Shown: piece by piece, positions 32,401 through 41,244 of the stretch
How positions within the stretch are numbered: the stretch's first letter is position 1
Layout: each line of letters opens with the position of its first letter
Assembly: GCA_036480195.1 (NCBI GenBank)
Contig: JAZGGE010000155.1
Span: forward strand, 1-59,156
Origin: Methylococcales bacterium
GTDB taxonomy: Bacteria; Pseudomonadota; Gammaproteobacteria; Methylococcales; JAZGGE01
Direction: 5' to 3'
DNA: 59,156 nt
Notes under the pieces: generated by a model
Database searches by the model: none
Seen by the model: only the letters and a program-made list of their open reading frames with translations
Told to the model about the DNA's origin: nothing
Translations under genes and position numbers: made by a program

Positions 32401-32704
32401 TATGCGGTGCTCCTCGTTCTTTGAGCAGATCTATCATAAATTTGAAATACTCAACATGACCTCCCTGATAAGAGCTGATCGCGATACCCTGAACATCTTC
32501 TTGAATTGCAGCGTTAACAATTTCTTCTACAGATCGGTTATGACCAAGATGAATCACCTCAGCACCCGTCGACTGTAAAATTCGACGCATGATATTGATC
32601 GCAGCATCGTGCCCATCAAATAGACTGGCTGCCGTGATAAAACGAACATGATTCATTGCTTTGTATTTTTGCTTTTTTTCTATCGACTTTACTGCCACAA
32701 CCAT
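29441..32704 (-). CDS. icmF: Fused isobutyryl-CoA mutase (B12-binding domain + MeaB-type GTPase + mutase catalytic domain)
   Basis: ~1087 aa. N-terminal [25 protein letters not shown] (B12 domain), P-loop [17 protein letters not shown] (MeaB-like), and a large C-terminal acyl-CoA mutase barrel. ATG 32704 is preceded by GGGGTG. The ORF-track start 32716 is TTG, and ATG 32656 is an alternative. Confidence 0.9.
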   Translation of the reverse strand: MVVAVKSIEKKQKYKAMNHVRFITAASLFDGHDAAINIMRRILQSTGAEVIHLGHNRSVEEIVNAAIQEDVQGIAISSYQGGHVEYFKFMIDLLKERGAPHIKVFGGGGGVIVPEEIAELEKYGVTRIYSPEDGQAMQLQGIIDDMIERTDFDLSVMDIPKKNTGLEKNGYRSLSRLITALDEGKVDEVRLKSLAKEAGKFGKTPILGITGTGGAGKSSLTDELIRRFNLDLKDLKIAIIAIDPTKQKTGGALLGDRIRMNSLNVPNVYFRSIATRGTSGEVPESLTSIIDLCKVSDFDLIIVETPGIGQGDAGIVSYVNASMYVMTPEFGAASQLEKIDMLDFADIVAINKYDRKGGQDALRDVRKQYQRNNEFFTTMPEDLPIYGTIASKFNDDGVTALYQGLVELFKSKDLNHREGNFFPPVETKCSTTRTVIIAPERQRYLAEISEAVRSYHKMSAEQVKIARERQQLKESKKMLEASGNDNSDLDELIEKRDERLDPRCRKLLEIWPQVKKDYSGDEYVVNIRVKELRTKITNYSLSETRIPKVSLPRFEDEGELLRFLLEENIPGSFPFTAGVFAFKREGEDPARMFAGEGDAFRSNKRFKYLSKNSEATRLSTAFDSVTLYGNDPGERPDIYGKIGNSGVSIATLDDMKVLFDGFNLCAPSTSVSLTINGPAPTVLAFYLNAAIDQQYAIFEKENKRSPTDDEMLKIREWSLENVRGTVQADILKEDQGQNTCIFSTEFSLKLMGDIQEYFVHKKVRNFYSVSISGYHIAEAGANPISQLAFTLANGFTFVETYLSRGMDIDDFAANLSFFFSNGMDPEYTVMGRVARRIWSTAMRFKYGANERGQKLKYHIQTSGRSLHAQEMDFNDIRTTLQALIAINDNCNSLHTNAYDEAITTPTEESVRRAMAIQLIINKEYGLSKNENSLQGSFIVEELTNLVEEAVLQEFDRMSERGGVLGSMETGYQRGKIQDESLHYEMLKHTGDLPIVGVNTFENPKEDEGKTIELARSTDEEKQSQLTRLDDFQARHKDQSQHYRNKLKEAAQRGDNVFAVLMDAVQHCSLGQITETFFEVGGQYRRNM

Positions 32705-32803
32705 CTGACACCCCAATTTTTATTCCGGAAACTCCCATCGATCAGGCCTCTTCGTGAAGCCCATCCGTCTGGCAATATACAGGGAATGGTTATATATATC
32801 AGT

Positions 32804-32817
32804 TTACGTTCACGTAA
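32804..32817. promoter_or_regulatory. Palindrome TTACGT-TC-ACGTAA upstream of icmF (candidate LiuR-type operator)
   Basis: Perfect 6-bp arms with a 2-bp spacer, ~100 bp upstream of the icmF ATG and adjacent to a TATATATAT stretch. A weaker copy TGACGTTGACGGAA lies at 32940..32953 in the same intergenic region. Confidence 0.45.
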
Positions 32818-33098
32818 TGCGCGTCTTAGTTTTTTGCAGGAACACCCTTTGCTGTCTCTTATCATTAACAACATGAATTATTTGAAGGTTATGACTATCC
32901 AGGTGCTCTTCATCACTTTCGATTTTAGTATTTCAAAGTTGACGTTGACGGAAAGTATTTTTTGGTTTACGGTTCGATGGTCATTGTTGTGATCTCAGGG
33001 TATTTGGATCCAAGGTTCTTCACGAAATGCCGGCGGATTTAAACAGATCATTCATGAACAAAATATAATTCAAACTTTTCTGGGTTGAGAAAAAATAA

Positions 33099-35264
33099 AT
33101 GAAGAAAATAAAAAGATTACGGAATTTTTGTATCAATACTACCGGCATTTTGTTCCTCGGCATGATGTTCGGCTGCTCAGGTGATGATCCTGCAGATAAT
33201 TCGGAGCAGACAAAAGCAACTCCTGACATTCATAAAAAAACAACGGCAATTCTTGATACAAGCCCTGCTGTTAAATCAGAAAAGGAAATATCTAATGTCC
33301 AGCAACAACCTGACACTGAAGTCACGGGCTATGGTATGAGCTCTGATCTAAACAGATTTAGCTCACTAAAACAGATTAATAAAACTAGCGTTAAGCGTCT
33401 GGTGCCGGTCTGGAATTTTACTCTGGGCGACAATCGTGGACAGGAAACACAGCCTTTGATAAAAGACGGTGTCATATATGTCACTACACATAATGCAACT
33501 TTCGCGATTGATGCACGCACTGGTCAACAAAAGTGGAAAACAGCTGCTGACTACCCCAAAGAGACACTGGCCTGCTGCGGTATTGTAAATCGAGGTGGTG
33601 CTATAAAAGGAAACGCAATAGTACGGACGACACTGGATGGCTATGTCGTTTCTCTGGATCTTGAGACAGGTAAAGAAAACTGGCGTAGTAAAAGTGCGGA
33701 GATGAGTGATGGTTTTTCAATAACCGTGGCTCCATTGATTGCAGGAAATGTTGTGATCACAGGTGTCTCCGGTGGTGAATTCGGAACGCGTGGATACATT
33801 GATGGTTGGAATTTCGATGACGGAGAACACTTGTGGCGTTTCTATACCATTCCCAGCCCGGATCAACCGGGGGGTGACACCTGGCCTGGTGACACCTGGA
33901 AACATGGTGGTGGACCTACCTGGTTGACGGGTTCTTATGATCCAGAGCTGGATCTGGTCTATTGGGGTGTTGGTAATGCGGGTCCATGGAACGCAAGAAT
34001 TCGTCCAGGTGATAATCTTTACACTAATTCTATGTTGGCTTTGCGTCCTAAAACAGGTGAGCTAATCTGGCATTATCAGTTTACACCAAATGATCCGTTT
34101 GATTACGATGGTGTCAACTCTCCAGTCCTGATCGAGAAAGAAATCGATGGAAAAATGCGTAAACTCCTCATTCAAGCCAATCGTAATGGCTATTTTTATG
34201 TCCTTGATCGAGAAACTGGAAAACTACTGCAAGCCAATCCGTTCATTGAGAAAATCACCTGGGCTGACGGCATAAACATGGAAACGGGTCGTCCGATCCT
34301 GTCTGACACCACGAAAAAAATGCTGGAGACCGGCGAAAAGGTAGAAATCTGGCCATCGGCATTCGGTGGCAACAACATGGCGGCTATGTCTTATAACCCG
34401 CTGACTGAGTTGGCTTATGCTAATACCATAGATATGGGTTGGAATTACACACCAGTAGAACCTAAGTACCGTTATGGTGTGTTTTATATCGGCATGAAAT
34501 TCGAGTGGCTACTTCCAAAAAATGGACCAGCAGGCTACCTCAAAGCTATCGAACCGCTTACTGGGAAAACAAAGTGGCAATTCCCAACAGATGTTCCAAT
34601 GAATGGAGGCACTTTATCAACTGCGGGACAACTTGTATTTACTGGTGCACAAACGGGTGAGTTTTATGCTTTTGATGCCGAAAATGGTGATAAGTTGTGG
34701 CAGTTTAAAACTGGTTCTGGAATCATCGCACCACCTATTACCTACTCTCTGGATGGAAAACAGTATGTTGTTGTAGCCAGTGGACTGGGCGGAGCCTATG
34801 CCTTGATCATTGGTGACGAACGGTTAGCCAACGTCAACCAGGGTGGTTCAATTTGGGCTTTTGCCTTAATGGATCAAGAAGGTGGCCAAGAATTCGTAGC
34901 ACCGAAAATGAAGGCTGCGGCACCTGTTGAACTGTCAAAACCTGCTGTTCCAGCAGCCCCTGTAACTACTGAGGACGGTACAGCAAGTCAAGAATCTACA
35001 GAAACTCTGCCTGTAAATGATGCTAGGGCAAAACAAATCAGCTCAGGTGATAATCTTTATCATGCCTTATGTTCCCACTGCCATGGTGCCAATATGAAGA
35101 GTAGTGGCGCAGCAGCCTTTGATCTACGCAACTATCCTGCTGATGAAAAAGAACGATTTTTTAACTCTGTACTCAACGGTAAAGGGAATATGCCAGCATG
35201 GGCTGGTAAGATCGAAGAAAATGAGCTTGAAGATGTTTTTGTTTATGTAACTCAAAGCAAGTGA
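33099..35264 (+). CDS. PQQ-dependent dehydrogenase (methanol/ethanol family) with a C-terminal cytochrome c domain; predicted lipoprotein
   Basis: 721 aa. Signal peptide ending in lipobox-like MFGC (Cys26), vicinal Cys159-Cys160 (TLACCGIVNRG), propeller W-motifs, FDYDGVN (D335-Y-D337), an Ala/Pro linker and haem motif CSHCH (35070..35084). Confidence 0.85.
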   Translation: MKKIKRLRNFCINTTGILFLGMMFGCSGDDPADNSEQTKATPDIHKKTTAILDTSPAVKSEKEISNVQQQPDTEVTGYGMSSDLNRFSSLKQINKTSVKRLVPVWNFTLGDNRGQETQPLIKDGVIYVTTHNATFAIDARTGQQKWKTAADYPKETLACCGIVNRGGAIKGNAIVRTTLDGYVVSLDLETGKENWRSKSAEMSDGFSITVAPLIAGNVVITGVSGGEFGTRGYIDGWNFDDGEHLWRFYTIPSPDQPGGDTWPGDTWKHGGGPTWLTGSYDPELDLVYWGVGNAGPWNARIRPGDNLYTNSMLALRPKTGELIWHYQFTPNDPFDYDGVNSPVLIEKEIDGKMRKLLIQANRNGYFYVLDRETGKLLQANPFIEKITWADGINMETGRPILSDTTKKMLETGEKVEIWPSAFGGNNMAAMSYNPLTELAYANTIDMGWNYTPVEPKYRYGVFYIGMKFEWLLPKNGPAGYLKAIEPLTGKTKWQFPTDVPMNGGTLSTAGQLVFTGAQTGEFYAFDAENGDKLWQFKTGSGIIAPPITYSLDGKQYVVVASGLGGAYALIIGDERLANVNQGGSIWAFALMDQEGGQEFVAPKMKAAAPVELSKPAVPAAPVTTEDGTASQESTETLPVNDARAKQISSGDNLYHALCSHCHGANMKSSGAAAFDLRNYPADEKERFFNSVLNGKGNMPAWAGKIEENELEDVFVYVTQSK

Positions 35265-35286
35265 ACCAAAAAAGAGAGCTCCTGTT

Positions 35287-36207
35287 ATGAGATATTTAGG
35301 AGCATCTTCCATTTTAAGCTTACTGATTACCTCAAACCCTTTATTGGCAAATGACAGAGTGCAGACTTTGAAAGTCTGCCTACCTGTTAGCAGTCCGCCC
35401 TATTCTGAAATTATTGATGAAATACCCACTGGTTTCGATGTCGAGCTTTCCAGAAAACTAGCTGGCAAACTTAAACACAAGCTGGAGATCGTCTGGTTCA
35501 AAAGTGAAGACGATGATGAGGCATTTTACCATTACGAAGTTAATGGGTTGTTGAGTTCAGGCGCCTGTCATGTCGTCGCCGGCTTTCCTTTATATCGTCC
35601 TTTGCTGGATAAACCTTTCGTTGATAAGGTTAGACTACCTGAACTCTATGGAGAAGGCAGAAAGCCTCCTGTTAAGGTGACAACTACTGGGTTGGTTGCT
35701 TCCATTCCCTATCACTTTGCACCATTGACTGTACTGTTTAGTCCTTCTGTAAAGGCCATTGAAATCACACACCTGAAAGATCTGAACAAGTTCAGTATTG
35801 GCAGCGAGGAAGGTACTCTGGCAGATGCCTCATTAATGATGGCTGACAAAGGAAAGCTGGTTTCGCAGATACACCATTTCATACCCGGAAAGCATATATT
35901 ACCTTCGCTGGAATCTGGATCAATCGATGCTGTACTTATCGAACAACATCGCTTTGATGCCTACAAAAAAAACCACCCGGACTCCCAGATCAAGGAATCC
36001 GCTTATGTCCATCCTGTTGGATTCAATATGGGCTACGTTGCCAGTAAAACTCAGGAAGTATTAGTCCAAAAATTAAATAGAGTTCTGTCCAGAATGATAG
36101 CTTCTAATGCGATGAAACCACTTTCGGACAAAGTAGGCATGCGCTACTTAGAGCCTAAATTGCCTGCAATACAATCGAGACTATTCCCCAGAATATTAGC
36201 TAACTAA
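35287..36207 (+). CDS. Quinoprotein-dehydrogenase-associated substrate-binding protein (MxaJ/XoxJ-like, SBP family 3)
   Basis: 306 aa with an N-terminal signal-like segment. LKVCLPVSSPPYSE...GFDVELSRKLA pattern as in MoxJ/XoxJ-type proteins. 22 bp after the PQQ dehydrogenase. No ABC permease or ATPase nearby. Confidence 0.6.
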   Translation: MRYLGASSILSLLITSNPLLANDRVQTLKVCLPVSSPPYSEIIDEIPTGFDVELSRKLAGKLKHKLEIVWFKSEDDDEAFYHYEVNGLLSSGACHVVAGFPLYRPLLDKPFVDKVRLPELYGEGRKPPVKVTTTGLVASIPYHFAPLTVLFSPSVKAIEITHLKDLNKFSIGSEEGTLADASLMMADKGKLVSQIHHFIPGKHILPSLESGSIDAVLIEQHRFDAYKKNHPDSQIKESAYVHPVGFNMGYVASKTQEVLVQKLNRVLSRMIASNAMKPLSDKVGMRYLEPKLPAIQSRLFPRILAN

Positions 36208-36263
36208 GGTAAATCTAGAGTAAAGTTATAGGCTTATTTGGAGGTAGTAAAAATATTAATGTA

Positions 36264-36665
36264 TCAACTATCATTGGGACTGTGGTTGTTCTTTTTATCT
36301 AATAAGTCTTCACAGTGCTGTTCGAAGCGTTTGAGTTCAGACAGCGTAAGATGAATATCTTCAATTTGTATCTCTAGCATATCAACGTGTTCACGAATCC
36401 TTTTGAGGAAGAGAACTAACTGGCCAACCTGCCCTGTTTTAGAATCATACATTTCAATGATCTCTTTGATTTCCAGAAGTGAGAAACCAAGGCGTTTGCC
36501 TCTAAGAGTCATTTTTATTCGCCCATGATCTTGACGACTATAAAGACGTCTATTTCCTTTCCGATCAGGTGAAAGAATTCCCTGTTCTTCATAAAACCGC
36601 AGTGTTCTGGACGTTATATCAAACTCTTCGGCTAGTTCTGATATTGTAAAAGACTGTTTTTTCAT
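36264..36665 (-). CDS. liuR: MerR-family transcriptional regulator (LiuR-like)
   Basis: 133 aa. FTISELAEEFDITSRTLRFYEEQGILSPDRKGNRRLYSRQD HTH plus a short coiled-coil and no metal-binding Cys tail, as in LiuR regulators of branched-chain acyl-CoA catabolism. The symbol is tentative. Confidence 0.7.
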   Translation of the reverse strand: MKKQSFTISELAEEFDITSRTLRFYEEQGILSPDRKGNRRLYSRQDHGRIKMTLRGKRLGFSLLEIKEIIEMYDSKTGQVGQLVLFLKRIREHVDMLEIQIEDIHLTLSELKRFEQHCEDLLDKKNNHSPNDS

Positions 36666-36938
36666 TAGTTAGTATTGAAATAAAATAATTTGAATCTGTG
36701 AGCTTCTATTGTCATCTATATTAAGAGTATCACAGCTGTACTTAATGCACATTAGCTATAATCCATCTACCATACTTATCCTTGCTGACACTAGGCAGTG
36801 AACAATTATCTACGACCGCCGTAGTAATAACTATGAAAAAAGATATCAGTCCAATAATTAATCTAGAGTGATTCTAGTTCCTTAAACAAATAAATAATTT
36901 ATCTCTGACCATGCGGGTAGTTAATATTGTAGCTTAAG

Positions 36939-37709
36939 TTATTTTGCTCCCATACGTATCGCACCATCGAGCCTGATCGTTTCACCGTTTAACATCGGGT
37001 TTTCGAATATGCTAATAGCCAGCATGGCGTACTCTTCTGCCCTGCCTAAACGGGGTGGGAAAGGCACTTGTTGCCCCAGTGACTCCAGAACTTCTTCTGG
37101 TAAAGATGCCAACATGGGTGTTTCAAAAAGTCCCGGTGCGATCGTCATAACACGAATACCATGTCGCGCTAACTCACGGGCAATTGGAAGCGTCATTCCC
37201 GTCACTCCCGCTTTCGATGCCGAGTAAGATGCCTGGCCTATTTGGCCTTCGAATGCTGCAACCGACGCTGTATTAATAATCACACCACGCTCACCTCCAC
37301 TATCAGGCTCATTTTCTGTCATCACTTTCGATGCCAGACGTGACACGTTAAAAGTACCTATCAGGTTAACTTCAACACCAGCCCGGAAAAGCTCAAGTGG
37401 AAATGGATTACCGTCACGATCAAGCACCTTCTGACCAACAACAATACCCGCACAATTCACAACACCGTGTAACCCTCCAAACTCTGTCGTCACCATATCA
37501 ATAGCAGTTTGTGTAGAGATTTCATCACAAACATCAACTTTAACGAAACGACTTTTATCTCCCAGTTCATTTGTTAAATCAGTTCCTTTTTCTTCATTAA
37601 GATCAGCAATAATAACGTTCGCACCAAGTTCAATCAGTGCCCTTACGGTTCCCTCTCCCAGACCCGAGCTTCCTCCCGTGATCAGAAAATTCTTATTTTT
37701 TATTTCCAT
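36939..37709 (-). CDS. 3-hydroxyacyl-CoA dehydrogenase type 2 / 3-hydroxy-2-methylbutyryl-CoA dehydrogenase (SDR, HSD10-like)
   Basis: 256 aa. Long stretches match my memory of HSD17B10 ([58 protein letters not shown]...[13 protein letters not shown]). Confidence 0.85.
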   Translation of the reverse strand: MEIKNKNFLITGGSSGLGEGTVRALIELGANVIIADLNEEKGTDLTNELGDKSRFVKVDVCDEISTQTAIDMVTTEFGGLHGVVNCAGIVVGQKVLDRDGNPFPLELFRAGVEVNLIGTFNVSRLASKVMTENEPDSGGERGVIINTASVAAFEGQIGQASYSASKAGVTGMTLPIARELARHGIRVMTIAPGLFETPMLASLPEEVLESLGQQVPFPPRLGRAEEYAMLAISIFENPMLNGETIRLDGAIRMGAK

Positions 37710-37872
37710 AATGTTTGCACCTGAAATATTTTTGTAGTGTAATTAATCTTCATCATTATTCCTGCAAAAAGAGTTCTAAAAAATCTATACGATAGATAAT
37801 TGATTTTACCTATAATGCACGAATACTCCATCATAAAACTTATGACCAATCCAACATATCGAGGCTCCGCAA

Positions 37873-38475
37873 ATGAATAATGATAATACAAGTCACAAAC
37901 AAAAAATGCAGAAAAATAAAAAATCAGTAGATGCTCGAATCAAAAATGCAAAAGAAAAAAAAGGTTTGATTTTAATCCTGACCGGAAGTGGGAAAGGCAA
38001 AAGTAGTTCAGCATTTGGTATGGTTGCCAGAGCCTTAGGACACAAGATGCATTGCGGCGTAGTGCAGTTTATAAAAGGAGCTATGAGCACAGGCGAAGAA
38101 CGTTTCTTTAGCCGTTTCCCTGATGAAGTCGAATACCACGTCACCGGTGACGGTTATACCTGGAATACGCAAGATCGGGAAGGTGACATTGCTACGGCAG
38201 AACGTGGCTGGGAAATTGCAAAATCTATGTTAACCAACCCGGGTTTTGATTTGATCATACTCGATGAACTTAATATTGTACTGGATTTGGAATTACTGGA
38301 TCTGGAAAAAGTATTACAAGATCTACAATCCCGACCAGAACGACAACACGTGATCATCACTGGACGAGGGGCTCCGAAAAAACTGATTGAAGCTGCCGAT
38401 ACCGTCAGTGAGATAAACCTGATCAAACATGCCTTTGAAGCCGGAGTACAAGCCCAGAAAGGAATTGAGCTTTAA
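37873..38475 (+). CDS. cobO: Cob(I)yrinic acid a,c-diamide adenosyltransferase (CobA/CobO/BtuR type)
   Basis: 200 aa. P-loop-like GLILILTGSGKGKSSSAFG, VVQFIKG, and LIILDELN blocks characteristic of CobA-type ATP:corrinoid adenosyltransferases. Confidence 0.88.
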   Translation: MNNDNTSHKQKMQKNKKSVDARIKNAKEKKGLILILTGSGKGKSSSAFGMVARALGHKMHCGVVQFIKGAMSTGEERFFSRFPDEVEYHVTGDGYTWNTQDREGDIATAERGWEIAKSMLTNPGFDLIILDELNIVLDLELLDLEKVLQDLQSRPERQHVIITGRGAPKKLIEAADTVSEINLIKHAFEAGVQAQKGIEL

Positions 38476-38555
38476 TCTAACAGACACACGAAGAAACGGG
38501 CAACCGTCAGATCGAGTCTGATCCACTACAGCGCTTAAGAATGTATATATATTTA

Positions 38556-38744
38556 TCAGGTTAACTTTTTACAGGTATTAATACCAAGAATTGGATAGGC
38601 CGGACAGAAATTTAATACAGCTGTTAACAATGGAACAACCCCGACAGCGCCCCACCAATTTTGAGTTGCTACACCCCAGCCTATAATGGCAAGACCAGCA
38701 ACTATTCGTAATTTTTTATCAACCCCACCTACATTTGATTTCAT
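38556..38744 (-). CDS. DUF2892 (YgaP-like) small membrane protein
   Basis: ~62 aa. NVGGVDKKLRIVAGLAIIGWG...LLTAVLNFCPAYPILGINTC. ATG 38744 is preceded by AGGAGA. The ORF-track start 38747 is GTG. Confidence 0.6.
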   Translation of the reverse strand: MKSNVGGVDKKLRIVAGLAIIGWGVATQNWWGAVGVVPLLTAVLNFCPAYPILGINTCKKLT

Positions 38745-38893
38745 CACTATCTCCTGAAAGTTTTATAGTGTTATAAATACATCTTATACTGAATCCACTT
38801 TCAGTAACAATGTTACAGAAAATGCTCTAATCTATAGTTATTCACGACGGATCCTAAGCAATCTCGTTGAAGGATAACTCCTTTATATAATCT

Positions 38894-39640
38894 CTAACTA
38901 TAATCACCGGGCATAATTTCCGTTCCCTTTGCCAGGGAGGTTTTTCGAGTCATCGGGATAAGTTCGCCTGCTAAGCGCATTGCCCCGATTTGCATAATTA
39001 TCTCATTCACCGTGTTTGAATGGGGGCGTTCGCTGATGGTATCAAACCACTGCTTGATCTTAGGATGTTTTTGCCAATCCGTATCACCAAGAATAGCTCC
39101 AGCGACATGGGAAACTAACTCATGATATGCCAACAAGTCTGCGAAACTAATCTCGTTACCACAAAGGTATTTGTTTTTAGTGAGCCAAGCTTCCAGATAC
39201 GCCATTGAATCATCAAGGATATACCTTCCTTTTGTAATTTCTCTAGAATAGTCTTGTTTACCCCAAATACATTCCGCAAAATGTGTATAGAAAAATGCAC
39301 CAGCTCCTCGGCGAAGAGATGAAGTGTGCCAGTGACAATACTGCTGAATGCTGGCTTTTTGCTGTGTGTTAGCTCCAAACCAGTTGTCTGGCACTTCATG
39401 CTTTTCATTCAGGTAGAAAGCTATAGCCGAGCTCTCCCATACAACAAAGTCTCCATCACAAAGGATCGGCACCTGGCCTGTTGGATTGTATTTATCCTTG
39501 AAGCTTTGCTCCTCATTTACACCATCCATTAAATTAATAATTTCCTCTTCAAAAGGGATATTAACTTCGAGCATAAATTGATGAACAGCTCTGCATGGTT
39601 GAGAAGCGGGATGGTGAAGATAACGCACTGTTGTGGTCAT
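38894..39640 (-). CDS. Glutathione S-transferase family protein
   Basis: 248 aa. Thioredoxin-like N-domain with GQVPIL..GDFVVWESSAIAFYL, then a helical C-domain. Confidence 0.7.
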   Translation of the reverse strand: MTTTVRYLHHPASQPCRAVHQFMLEVNIPFEEEIINLMDGVNEEQSFKDKYNPTGQVPILCDGDFVVWESSAIAFYLNEKHEVPDNWFGANTQQKASIQQYCHWHTSSLRRGAGAFFYTHFAECIWGKQDYSREITKGRYILDDSMAYLEAWLTKNKYLCGNEISFADLLAYHELVSHVAGAILGDTDWQKHPKIKQWFDTISERPHSNTVNEIIMQIGAMRLAGELIPMTRKTSLAKGTEIMPGDYS

Positions 39641-39660
39641 AAGTATTTACTCCGTTTTAT

Positions 39661-40252
39661 TTACAGTCTCGTAATAACTTCATATTGTTCTTGATTGGCA
39701 TTCCTTAACCATTCGAAATTTGTAGCATCGGAACTTGTTATAGTAACCTCGGTATGTAACATACGTCTCAAACCAGCTTTATAGTTCTCCAAATACCGTG
39801 AGCCGGTGGTATCTGCCGGTACGAAAACATCAAAACCTTTCTCTATCAGCTCTATTGAAGTTTGCATTATACTGATATGGGCTTCTAACCCTGTGAGAAT
39901 TATCTGATTACGTCCCAATCTTTTTAATATTTTTAAAAATTCTTTTTCACCACAATCAAGAAAAACTTGTTTTCTTTAGATAAGTCGTATTCTCGGGCAG
40001 GCAATCTATTACCTCTTCAATTACACTTCCCAGGAGGTAGGTGCTTTGCTCACTTACAATAACAGGTACGCCCATAATACTGGCAGTTCCTAATAATGTT
40101 TTAATATTCTGCGTTATACGACTCATAGCCCTCTCAGGCATCGCTGCAGATAACCGTTTCTGTAAATCAATCACACAAAGTACACTTTTGTCAGTATCGC
40201 AGAGAAAGTTTCCACTAAATTCATTTATGTTTCTTCTCATTACGACTGTCAA
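39661..40252 (-). pseudogene. Isochorismatase-family hydrolase split by a frameshift
   Basis: ORFs 39956..40252 (...VLCVIDLQKRL...KKTSFS*) and 39661..39918 (GRNQIILTGLEAHISIMQT...) are the two halves of one isochorismatase-like protein. Shifting frame just before the TGA at 39956..39958 reads DCGEKEFLKILKRLGRNQIILTG. Removing one base from the A5 run at 39961..39965 restores a ~197-aa ORF. The start is TTG 40252 (TTGA overlap with the MBL stop) or ATG 40240. Confidence 0.7.
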
Positions 40253-41190
40253 TTTAAGTGCTGGCGCCTATCCAGCCAAACTTCTAACCCTTGCGTATTC
40301 AGATCAAGATCAATGGATAGGATATTTAATATTTTTTGTTCACTTAACCCACACCCACAAGCTGCGATTTCAGATAATAGTAATTCAGACATTTTTTTGT
40401 GTATCTTCTGATATCTGTGGGAACTATTAATATGTTCCTTGGCTATCTTTACATATTCATCAATCAAAAAATGTAATCGTGAACACATTTCCTTAATATC
40501 CGTCACCATACTGTAATGAGTTAAATACATTCGCTCTGGGCTATAGGTCATTAACCTGTCAAGCGTGTTATGCCAGGCATCCGGATCAAACTGTACAGGT
40601 GTGCTTGGAGGGAAAACAAAAGGTGTCTTACCAGAATCAAATTCCCGATAAGAAACACCAAATACATCACCTGAAAATATTCCTTTACTGTATTCATCTA
40701 CAATGCAGAGATGATGCCTGGCATGGCCTGGCGCATCTAGAAATAGCAAGGTTCTGCCTGCAAGATCAAGTGCCATTTCTTCAGCCAGAATGACACGATC
40801 CTCAGAAACAGGTTCAAGCTCTCCATAATTTTTATAAAAAGCCTTTTCACCATAGACAGCTATCGATCCTGCAATCAGCTTCGTAGGATCAATCATATGA
40901 GATGCTCCTCTGGGATGAATAACAAGACGAGCTTCCGGACACAGTCTCATTAACTTTCCTACCCCTCCTGCATGATCCAGATGTACATGAGTAGGGATCA
41001 CGTATTCGACATCAGAAATGCTAATGTTTTTTATCTTCAGGACTTCCAAAATATTGGGAATAGAGAAATTTGTACCCGTATCTACAATTGCAGCTCTATT
41101 ATTATTCTGAATTAAATAACATGCAGCCATTTTTTCACGACAATACTCTGTATCAATACATGTTATTCCAAATCCCAGATCTTCATGCAT
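40249..41190 (-). CDS. MBL-fold metallo-hydrolase
   Basis: 313 aa. THVHLDHAGG metal-binding motif and a later GHARHH block. Confidence 0.85.
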   Translation of the reverse strand: MHEDLGFGITCIDTEYCREKMAACYLIQNNNRAAIVDTGTNFSIPNILEVLKIKNISISDVEYVIPTHVHLDHAGGVGKLMRLCPEARLVIHPRGASHMIDPTKLIAGSIAVYGEKAFYKNYGELEPVSEDRVILAEEMALDLAGRTLLFLDAPGHARHHLCIVDEYSKGIFSGDVFGVSYREFDSGKTPFVFPPSTPVQFDPDAWHNTLDRLMTYSPERMYLTHYSMVTDIKEMCSRLHFLIDEYVKIAKEHINSSHRYQKIHKKMSELLLSEIAACGCGLSEQKILNILSIDLDLNTQGLEVWLDRRQHLN

Positions 41191-41244
41191 ATTTATATTT
41201 TCCTGATTCTTATAAAACTATTTAACGATTGTTTTATCACATAT

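Noticed and set aside
32648-33229. ORFs 32648..32992 (+, 114 aa) and 33020..33229 (-, 69 aa) in the icmF / PQQ-dehydrogenase intergenic region
   Set aside because: Both overlap the starts of well-supported genes, have low-complexity hydrophobic/Phe-Leu-Ile-rich translations, and lack ribosome-binding sites. I treat the region as regulatory DNA.
36212-36869. 10-bp direct repeat AATCTAGAGT flanking the liuR-like gene (36212..36221 and 36860..36869), considered as a target-site duplication
   Set aside because: No transposase, inverted terminal repeats or other mobile-element hallmarks lie between the copies. A single 10-mer match in AT-rich spacers is weak evidence and could be chance.
37710-37872. 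Cobalamin riboswitch upstream of cobO, and upstream of the BtuF-like gene at 28524..28643
   Set aside because: Neither leader contains a B12-box-like GCCACTG core or the surrounding conserved helices. The only GCCACTG I noticed (2730..2736) is inside the SDR coding sequence.
39950-39970. Programmed +1 frameshift (prfB-like) in the isochorismatase gene
   Set aside because: The slip site would be UCU UGA, which does not allow tRNA re-pairing the way CUU UGA does. No upstream Shine-Dalgarno-like stimulator is present. An indel in the adjacent 5-base homopolymer explains it.
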